Assembly: GCF_001194135.2 (NCBI RefSeq)
Contig: NC_068992.1
Location: forward strand, 7,118,628-7,182,627
From: Octopus bimaculoides
Lineage: Eukaryota
Direction of reading: 5' to 3'
DNA: 64,000 nt
Part shown: positions 53,821-64,000 of the stretch, piece by piece
How the letters are laid out: the number at the start of each line of letters is the position of its first letter
Numbering within the stretch: the stretch's first letter is position 1
Notes under the pieces: model-generated
What the model saw: only the letters and a program-made list of their open reading frames with translations
What the model was told of the DNA's origin: nothing
Databases searched by the model: none
Program-made: the position numbers and the translations under genes

Positions 53821-54361
53821 AACAGCATCATACCCTCTGGATTACTGATTCCAGCAATGAGTGTCTCTATCTCTTGCTAGAAACCTCAACAAAAATTACT
53901 TCAGAATCACTATTGTTTTAAAACTGGAAAGGCATTAAATAATGATGTGGTGCCAGATACCTTTTAACAGACAGAATGGTCACGGTTGTATTGCCTTTGA
54001 TCATAGACCTACTTAAGAAGTATTGACTTTGAGGTTGAACAGCAACATGTGACACCTCACCCCACCCCCATACACCTGCTTGGAAACAAATACACAGATT
54101 CGTATACACCTATAAATACACCATGTATTCATTTATTTCAGTTTAAAATTGATTAAATGTTTACTGAAACAACAGATAACTAAGGGTTTCTTGATGAGTC
54201 ACTGCACTTTCTGTCATAATCCCAACACCCCTCCAATCACTTATCTATTATGTGTGTGTGTGTGTGTGCCCTGTCAATCTTTTGCTGATTCAACTTTAAA
54301 TTATACTAACTATGCAAAGAAACTAGACAGATAGACAGACAGATGGATTCTCACACACACA

Positions 54362-54405
<44 letters not shown>

Positions 54406-57400
54406 CGTGTATGCGTGCACATGTGCATGTGCCATTTCACTATTTTCTATTTTTACCATTTTTTTCAACTTGCTGAGAGAGTGTTAATGTCACATGAAAC
54501 CTTTAGATGCAAACATTTTTTCATTTATCTATTTATATTGATAACCATGATATGCTCTGAAAATTTGTGATAAAATTGTTCATTGTGCTGCAGCCTGTGT
54601 TTTTATAACAAAATATTGCACACACACACACACGCATGTGTGTGTACATATGTAAAAATTTACAAAACACAAAAGCTTAAACATCATTAGTTTTATTTCC
54701 CCACTCCCTAGCTTAAAAATCTTCGGATTCACATCTGTTTTTAATAAGAAATGGATATTGAAGATTTCAACAGCATGTTTTCTTATGTGAACATTATTGC
54801 GGGTTACATGGAGGAATAGATAAACTTTGACAGAAATATATGTAAAATATAAATCCATATGTAAGTTATTATCTAGGAGACCACATGTTTCTTCTACTGG
54901 GATATAGTATATTGAATTTGTGCCAATAATTTAATCTGTTGGCACCTATTTTATGGCAAGGAAATGGAATAAAAAGTCAAACAATGCAGGGTTTAAACTC
55001 AAATACCATAAGGGCCTTTTTTTGGCACTCTCCTATTTCTGTTAGTCCATTTCTCCATATTTTAGGTCTCTTTTGTTTTTTGAATTGATAAATTCTTATG
55101 CACGCATATAGACATACAGAAACATATATTCAAACATATGTATATATATACACACACACACATACGTATATATATATATATATATATATATATAATCTTT
55201 AGAAATACAAAAATCTGGGAGAGAAGCACACTCAAAGATGTAGAGCAGTTAATATTATAATGGGGGCCAGTTTATGGGGTTACCCAGAGTTTCTCGCTCA
55301 TAAAGGGTTCAGCCTTACAGCATATCTTCAGACTCCAAGCACTGCTGGCAGATTAATACCTCTTCAAAATATGGAGGGGAAAATGCCTCTTTATAAAAGT
55401 AAACACTAGGTGATTATCTCCCTTTGTCATTGGTTTTCGGCTGCATTGCCACCTTACAGTAACACGATTTACTTGATGGCAGTTGAATTGGTTCCTTTTG
55501 TTAAAGACAAATTTCAGAACATTTAAATGTTTGTTCTTTGATATTTTCATATTTTATGATAGTTGTAAACATTATTTCCTTGATATTAGAGAAGGCCAGC
55601 TCTGCAGAAGTAAGCGAAGGTGCTGGTTACAAACATTGTAGAAGCAAATAGGTTAGATATCAGCCCAATCACCCTGTTTTCTCCTCTGTAATCTTTTTTT
55701 CTCTGTCCTTCTCATCTTATTCATCTTCTACAGTTGCCTTCTCTTCCACTCACTTTATTGGTCAAGTTGTCCTGAACAAATGCACTAAATTTTAAACAGT
55801 GATGATGGCTTCTGTCTTGCAAAATACAAGACAACTCTGCTAGTGCTGGTGCCTCTCCAAAATGCACCCAGAACATTCTATAGTGTAGGTGCTCGGAAAG
55901 TCAACCAGCATAGACCATTCCAGAAGAAAATGCACAAATGTGCATATGGACCCCCGACCATGCCCAGGAGAGCAGTAACACAACGAAAGACCTAATTTTG
56001 ATTGTGATAACCCATTCAACTCATGCCTGCATGGAAAACATGCAAAATAGCCATGATGATAATGAAAAGACAAGTCAACTTAGGTGGAATCCAAACTCCA
56101 TTTGCGCTCCTCACTCGACACTGTCTTTCATTTCTCCAGGATCAATGAAATAAGTACCAGTTAGGTACTGCATCAATAGAACTGATAATTCCATTTTCCA
56201 AAAATGTATGTTAGAAATCAAGATTCTTAAAATTGTCAAAGACTCAATTCTGATTATTGTGTTTTGTAATTATGCTAATAACAACCAGAAATGTTTGATA
56301 TTCTTTATCTGATATATCCAGTTCTTTGCTGTTTTCTTTAAAGTGCTGTCATCTGTTTGTGCATCCCAAATGCATGCCAATTTAATTGACATATTTATTT
56401 GATGTCAGGACTACTACCATCAACTTGCTACAACATTCGTTTCAGAACATGTGCTAACTATCACCTCATTAAACTGGTGATTGATATAATCAACTGTTCC
56501 ATTCCCCCAAATTGTATAGGCCCATACAGAAACTACTGTTGCTATTAATATTTAGCACTGTCACTACACGGAAAACTAGGTTGTTAGCTTTCACTTTTAA
56601 CACATTGCTGGCAATAACATGTCTGTTTATTTCTCTCCAGAGCTTTCTTTAAACTCCATAGGTATACCACATAGTGTAAAAACAGAGTGGCTGGTGATGC
56701 TGGAATATGAAGAGAATAAAGTGTCTGAATTATGGCCAATTGAGTATCTAAACATCTCTTAAGATCATATCAAAATATAGATGATGTGAAATCTATCTGG
56801 CAAGGTACCAGATATCCTATATAAGTAAAATATTATTTCAGATTTAATGTCACATACAGCTGGATGATATTGTTATACGAAACAGTAGACTTTCATAAAC
56901 AACTTTCTCTTAATGGTATCTATGGTTTTCCTCTTTTCTCTGTAATATGAAATAGAATACTATATTTCATATAGATGTTTATGTTATATAATTATAAAAT
57001 ATATAATAATGATATTATATAATATCTTATGTAATATATATAAAGTAGTACACTTGATCTTCGGTTTACACAGTAAATTGGTTCTGTAAGTCACTGTGCA
57101 AATCAGATCATGTAAGTGAAGGAGGTATCTTCTCATGACATTATCAATAATAACAAAAATGGTGAGCAGACAGAATCATTTGAGCTTTGCTTTAAAATGC
57201 TTTGCTGTATTTGTTCTGACCTTTTATGTTGTGTGTTCAGATTCTGCCATGGTCAACTTTGTCAATTAAATAAAGTACCAGTCAACCACTGGGGTTGATG
57301 AAATCAACTAAATTCCCTCATAATTACTGGCCTTCTAACTAAATAAAAAACCAGAAGTAGAGTAATATGCTTTACTAAAAAGCAGCAAAATATCACGAAA

Positions 57401-57465
57401 ACTGTCACACTTACTCTCAGTAACAGTTTTTGTGATATTTTTGCTGCTTTTCAATAAAATAAATT

Positions 57466-57581
<116 letters not shown>

Positions 57582-57600
57582 CATAAATGTATATATTTAC

Positions 57601-57913
57601 AGCATCGCCTTACTGGCACTTGTGCCAGTGGAACATTAGAAAACATTCGAGTGAGGTCGTTGCCAGTGCCGCTGGACTGGCTCCTGTGCAGTTGGCACAT
57701 AAAGAACACCATTTTGAATGCAGCCATTGCCAGTAACGCCTGACTGGCCCTCGTAACGGTGGCACGTAAAAGCACCCACTGCACTCTCGGAGTGGTCGGC
57801 GTTAGGAAGGGCATCCAGCTGTAGAAACTCTGCCAGATTCAGATTGGTGCCTGGTTCACCAGTCCTCAGTCAAATCATCCAACCCATGCTAGCATGGAAA
57901 GCAGACGTTAAAC
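57601..57913 (+). mobile_element. Family B retroposon whose tail runs into (CA)n
   Basis: Family B modules and 3' end ...ggaaagcagacgttaaac followed by acacac. Confidence 0.85.
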
Positions 57914-60023
57914 ACACACACACACTCACAGAAAGAGAGTGATAGATACAGCCATGGCCTTGTACTAAGAAAGTTCACTTGTAAACATGTGGTTTCAGGT
58001 TCCGTCCTACTGCTTGCCATCTTAGACAATGGTCTTCTGTTATAGCCTTGAGATGCCCAATGCCATATGAGTAAAATTAGTAAACAGAAATTATATGGAA
58101 CCTGCTTTACATATAGATGTGTGTGTGTGTGTGTTTTCTAGTTTCTATGTTCACATTGATGCTATTCAGGCAGTGGTGCTGTTATTTTTATATCTCACAT
58201 AAATGATATGCTCTATAGCTCAACTATTTCATAAATTTTGACATATGAAAACCAGCAGAATAAAAATACCACTTTTAAGAAACAGTTACTAGTCAGTGAC
58301 AAGAAAGGCAGCCTACCATAGAATACTGTCTCAATATGCTGTCCAACTTATGTCAGCATGGCAAGAGAAGTCTACAAGTAGTGGTGGATAAGGTGCTGGT
58401 AGCAGTGGTGGCAGCAATGGATAGCTACATTCATCCATCCATCCATCAGTCCATACATGTATGCATGTATACGTACGTACGTACGTACATACATACATAC
58501 ATACATACAAAAAATACAATGGGCTTCTGTGCAGTTTATATCAACCAAATTTCATTTACAAGGCATTGGTCAACCCACAATTATAGTAGCAGACAGGCAC
58601 CATGCAGTGAGATTGAAACCAAAAGCCACCTAGTTGTGAAATGAACATCTTAACCACAAGACATATACATATATTGGTACCATGGAAAAGCACCATTATA
58701 CTCTGTAAAATGGTTGCAGTTAGGAAGGTTGTCCAGCCATAGAAACTATGCCAAAACCGACATTGGAGCATGATGCAATCCTTGGACATGCTGGATCCTG
58801 TCAAACGATCCAACCCATGCTTTCAAGGAAGATGGACATTAAATGATGATGATGCTAATAGTGGTGTTCATGGTGAGTGGGTGGATAAATGGATGTTTGT
58901 TTGACCAAATCAAACCTATGTTTTAACTTATCATAGGAAGAACATATTTCTAATGAAAGCTATCAAGTGATGCTGCCTCTGTCTATAAGTTTATTAAACA
59001 TATTTATAAACTACTTTTCTAAAGTAAAAATATTAACTAATAGTAACAGAGAGTAGATTAGTTTTATTGTAGTCTCTAGTAGAGAAATACTATTACCAGA
59101 AGTTCTTTAACTTTTACTCAGTAATAATTCATAATTATAATAATTATATGAACTTAAAGCAGTGATATTGTACTCACTATATTATATATTGGAATTTGTT
59201 CAGCAAGAGAAAAACCAATAACACTGTGCCTCTACCAGTCTACATAACAATCCTAAGATATTTTTATTTATGAGAGAAAAACTTCATTTTTATTAACGTA
59301 GATATTACTTTTGACAGTATTCAGTAATTAAATGATATACATTATCTAATTATGATATCCTGAGTTGTTAATGTAATAAGATAACTCAACAGTGATTATT
59401 TTTCATCATAAATTTGTATGATTATCATTACCACAAATTTTTCTCTATGTGTTTGGTGTTACTAGTTTTATTTTTGCCCTAATATTTCAAATTAGTAGAC
59501 ATATAACTAGATGTATATTATCTAATTATGATTTAAAGAGGTTTTAAATACAATAAGTTAATTTATATATGATCAGTTTTATCATAAATTTTGGGGTATT
59601 TCGTGAAAGGGGTTGGTGTATGTTTTCACTATGTCTTACTGATTGTCAGTATATTCAAAGATAACTATAAGTACTGTGATTTCAGCAGTTAAACATTGTT
59701 GATTATTTTCTTGTTTATGTTCTCCCCAACTACTTATGCTTTTAGTATTCATGCATAGCCTAGTGGTTAGGGTGCTGGACTCATAATCATATGATCACAA
59801 GTTCTATTTGCAGATCAGGCAACACAATGTGTCTTTGAACAAGACATTTCACTTCTCATTACTTGTGGTGCCATGTAAAGGCATCCAGCACACTGTGTAA
59901 AGTGGTTGACTTTAGGAAGGGCATCCAGTCGTAGAAATCATGCCAAATCAGACTGGAGTACGGTGCAGTCCCCCTTCCCCCAGCTCGCAGCTTGCCAGCT
60001 CTGCTCACGCTGCCCAACCCATG

Positions 60024-60710
60024 TGATCTTCCTTCCACCACCACTCTCAACCTTATGTCTTCTTGTAGAATGACCTCTTCAGTGATTTTGTTCAAATCTT
60101 TTTGTCCAGCCTGAATGACCATTTCTAGGCCATATCCCCAACAATTTACCTTCTTTGTCCTTGTCACCTTTAAAAGTTTAGCATCCTCCTTGGTTTTCTG
60201 CATTATGGCTGCCACCAGCTACGCTTCTTTGATTTCCAGGAGTACCCTGCCTATTCTAACTCTGGTGACCCTTTTGCTGCAGTAAGTTGACAGGAGTACC
60301 CATTCTTTTTTCCTGAGCATCATGGTGGAGTGATCTATTGCCGCCTGTTCGTTGGTAAACCTCACCTCCACTGTGCCGTATTTTCTGCCTTTTGTGTAGA
60401 ATGTTGTCAGGTTCTTTATCTCCTTAAGACATTTTTCTATCGCTTCTACCATGACTATTTCTATTTTCTTGGTCATTGTAGACAGTGTTCTGTAAACCAC
60501 TGTTCGTTTCATTGTACAGGTTGTCACTTCTTCTGGCAGGGTCAGCTTCAAACTGGTTCCCTCCTTCTGGATCAGCCTGTTATACTCTTTCAGTTTCATC
60601 TACTCAATTTTGATTTCTTGTGCTTCTAGCATATCTGCAGTTGTACCTGCCACTGAAGCATAACTCCCAGCATGCACTGGAACTGGTTCGCAATCCATTT
60701 TCTCTTCTTT
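60024..60710 (-). mobile_element. Non-LTR retrotransposon ORF1 (L1/Tx1-like) pseudo-ORF
   Basis: The track ORFs 60600-60803, 60219-60599 and 59859-60215 share one frame broken by two TAG stops. It includes KGRKYGTVEVRFTNEQAA...RVTRVRIGRV...RLRVVVEGR, consistent with an RRM-type ORF1. The clade assignment is inference. Confidence 0.6.
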
Positions 60711-62714
60711 TTTTTCCCCTTTACCCCAAATGGGAAAGAGGATAAACACAAAAACCACAAGCCTGCAGGCAAAAACATTAATGGTATTTAACAAATTCAA
60801 CAATTTAAATCATAGGTTCACCCTCACAGGAGACCCTTCAAAGCACAATACGACTTACGTCAACCGGAACCAAAAACGATTTAACACTAACAAAAATACC
60901 TCACAGTCTGACACCACTTGCTGTGTCTGTCCACTATTTATCAGTAGTGGAACAGCCCGCCTCTCACTTGCGGGGTATTTGCCACAACAATATATATTGA
61001 TGAATGGCCGACTGATAAAGCCATGCATCAAACAAGTTTGTGCCATTTTGTTAGCTGAGTTATGTCTCTGATGTTGATGTAATTTGATAAATAGAGGGCA
61101 ATAAAATAAATACTTCACAAGTTCTAGGATTAATAAAACTGATTAAAACTCTTTGAGGTGATGTCCCAGCAATGCCACAATCCAATGACTATTATCAGTG
61201 AAAGAAAGAAAGAAGATAATTTTATAAAATATCACATTATATTGTATTATGTGTATGTAGTAAATGTAATAATTTTAGTATAGTCAAAATATATGATTTT
61301 ACTACAAAGAAATATATATACATACCCAAACATGATTTTTTTAATGAATATATGCATGTGTGTGAGCATAAGGATATGTATGTGATTGAGAATGTGTGTA
61401 TATGTATGTGTGCGTGTGAGTGTGTAAGTGTATGTATATGCACACATGATGTGCATAGACCGAATGGTTTTGAAATTTTTCTTTTTACCACAGAACAGAA
61501 AGCTAACCTTTCGACAATAACTAACTGTTGGACCCCACCAAACTAACCATACTTTAACTTAATAATTAAATTCTCAATGTTCTGTAGAAAATACATAGCA
61601 CCAGGAAACATCTAGCTATATCTAGACACAATAGTTCTAAAGATGTCTATGACTAAAAAGCAAAAGAAAAAAAATTAATATATTGTAAATTTTTAACTCT
61701 CATCTAGAAGCTCTTGTAGGGTGTTGTGCAAAAGTGAATAACTATGAAGAAGTCTCTTTTACAAAAATGAAATAGAATTGGAATAAAATCCATTGTTTAA
61801 GAAAATAATCATACTGAGATACGCATTACTTATTTTCTTGATAAGAGATTTTTTAAAAGAATTATTATCTTCTCCAATCCCAGCACCCCTGTGCTTCACC
61901 AGAAATTTTATTATGCAATGTCACAACAATTTTCTAAAAATAATAGTTAAAATTATGTCGTAGCTCTGTATTATGGATATATTATATAATAGTAATAATT
62001 CAGCATGAACATTATATATACACACACATGTATATGTGTGTGTGTGTGTGTGTGTGAAAATATGCATATATGTATGTATAATATTTTATAAGCACAGGGA
62101 TGGCTGTGTAGTTAAGAAACTTGGTTTGCAACCAAAGCCCCAAGTTAACTGATGGGAGATAGAAACTGTGTGAAAGCCTCTTTGTGTGTGTGTGTGTGTG
62201 CTTTTTGCTTTATATTTGGTTTTGTCCCACTGTAACTGCTTGGTGTCAGTTCATTCCCATTCCCTAACTTAGTAGTTCAACAAAAGAGACTGATAGAATA
62301 ATATTAAACTAAGTTCTGAGATCAATTGTTTCCCAAACCCCTTCAATGCAGTGCACCAGCATGGCCACACATTAATTAAAGACACGAGTAGAAGATGATA
62401 TTATATACACATTATATTATGTCAACCATTATGAACAACTATAAAAGTGTTTTTTATATGGCTAATAATTTTACAACCTGGATGCCCCATGTTTAAATTG
62501 AAAAACTATATTTCTGACTTGAATTAAGAAGCAGAAGCAGCAACATTTGTGATTCAGGATTAGGTCAAGCCATTAGAAACATTAACAGGAATCTTCACAA
62601 ATCTTACAAAATTCCTGACAAAATGAAGTAAAGGAAAAGAAAGCAAATAATTTAATTATTATTTCAAACTGATGATAACATAGGTCTAAAACAAATACAG
62701 AAATTATGCAAATA

Positions 62715-62935
62715 TTGATTTCACATTTTGGCACAAGGTCAGCAGCTTCAAGGGGGGTGGGGATAAATCGACTACATCAACCCCAGTGATCAACTGGTAC
62801 CTACTTTATCAACCCCTGAAATGATGAAATGCAAAGTCGACCTCAAAGGAATTTGAACTCAGAACATAGCAACAGACGAAATGCCACTAAGCGTTTTACC
62901 CTGTATGCTAACAATTCTGCCTGCTCACCACCTTA
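62715..62935 (-). mobile_element. Family C SINE
   Basis: Same body as the other C copies; the reverse complement begins aaggtggtgagcaggcagaattgttagc. Confidence 0.85.
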
Positions 62936-62972
62936 AATTTATCCAGATAATAAGGTCTTCAAATAGCTATGA

Positions 62973-63480
62973 CTAAAAATTTGTTACAAGCAGAAATCTA
63001 TCTATCATTTTGGATAGGTTGACAACATCAATTTTGCTCTTTATATCCAAGTGTTCCTGTTTTCCATAACATTTTTTTTCTCTTTGAAGTCCTTTTAGTA
63101 ACTCAACATGAGATAGCTGATCAATATACATTTTTCTGGATTGCCCCACATAGGAATTCCCATCACTCAGGATCCACAGAAGGAACTTACTCACTAATTC
63201 ATCTTTGTTTCGATAGTAGTGACCAGCGTATCTTGTCCCCCACTCTCGAATGATTGATGACATGTTAGAGATATTTCCATAAAGCTCTTCTCTCACTGGA
63301 TATTGTTTCCTTGAACAGCACACAACATACATCAAGCTTGCTTCTTCTTCTTTTTTTCTGTTATAGTTTGTGGTGTTAATGAGCCATAAAGAAGAATAAC
63401 TGATTCTACAATGGCTCTGAAGAATTCCCTTTTTATCCAGCCAGGCAGTGTACACTTCCAAATTATTCTTAATTTGTCCA
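62973..63480 (-). mobile_element. RTE/RTE-X LINE ORF C-terminal fragment
   Basis: QYPVREELYGNISNMSSIIREWGTRYAGHYYRNKDELVSKFLLW...VGQSRKMYIDQL matches N.ELYG....S..IR.RR.RFAGH..R..E...LLW...GRP..TYIDQL. Confidence 0.8.
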
Positions 63481-63511
63481 GTGTAATAAGGACCAGCTAA
63501 TTTCTGTAACA

Positions 63512-63635
63512 TGCCAAATCAGATTGGAGCCTGGTGTAGCCATCTGGTTTCACCAGTCCTCAGTCAAATCGTCCAACCCATGCTAGCATGGAAAGCAGAT
63601 GTTAAATGATGATGATGATGATGATGATGATGATG
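63512..63635 (+). mobile_element. Family B 3'-end copy (short, 5'-truncated)
   Basis: tgccaaatcagattggagcc...gttaaa(tga)n. Confidence 0.9.
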
Positions 63636-63672
63636 TAGAGTGTGGCTCAGGCAAGGCACTGCACACATATTG

Positions 63673-64000
63673 CATCATCATCATCATCATCATCGTTTAA
63701 CGTCCGCTTTCCATGCTAGCATGGGTTGGACGATTTGACTGAGGACTGGTGAAACCGGATGGCAACACCAGGCTCCAGTCTGATTTGGCAGAGTTTCTAC
63801 AGCTGGATGCCCTTCCTAACGCCAACCACTCAGAGAGTGTAGTGGGTGCTTTTACGTGTCACCCGCACGAAAACGGCCACGCTCGAAATGGTGTCTTTTA
63901 TGTGCCACCCGCACAAGCCAGTCCAGGGGCACTGGCAACGATCTCGCTCGAAAATCCTACAGGAGCCAGTCAGGCGGTACTGGCAACGGCCACGCTCAAA
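63673..64000 (-). mobile_element. Family B retroposon, young copy, running off the window end
   Basis: (cat)n cgtttaacgtccgctttcc..., the reverse complement of the 11764 copy with very few differences. Confidence 0.9.

Noticed and set aside
23270-56480. Other AG...GT-bounded open segments: 23270 TPNRKLRRDVSTELTSDHLIKKF, 30744 LLLLFQQLFSPYPNLKSVKSL, 41292 LLLDKIQLHMQDNE, 41932 YVKQHQACFGV, 56409 DYYHQLATTFVSEH
   Set aside because: Open stretches of about 20 codons are common by chance, several have weak splice sites, and no protein family is recognised.

Overview
AT-rich eukaryotic genomic DNA with five N-gaps and many microsatellites: (AT)n, (CA)n, (AG)n, (ATT)n, (GAT)n. I recognise the dominant dispersed repeats as octopus-type, so the source is most likely Octopus (inference from memory, not a database hit). 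No host protein-coding gene can be identified, and almost every ORF in the supplied track is a microsatellite translation, repeat noise or a retroelement fragment. The supportable content is four high-copy short retroposon families, which I label A (tRNA-like head, internal microsatellite), B ((GAT)n tail), C (tRNA-like head, (ATT)n tail) and D ((AAC)n tail). There is also one intact SINE with a 23-bp target-site duplication, decayed LINE fragments (RTE, R4/Dong, L1/Tx1-like ORF1, Penelope-like) and decayed DNA transposons (Tc1/mariner, Tigger/pogo, hAT, and hAT- and piggyBac-type MITEs). The window looks like intergenic DNA or a very long intron. The best leads are a recursive-splice-site-like AG|GTAAG motif at 50708/50709, two long inverted repeats that could form dsRNA, and retroposon chains strung along (AAT)n arrays next to an R4/Dong element. 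I found no convincing novel multi-gene system.
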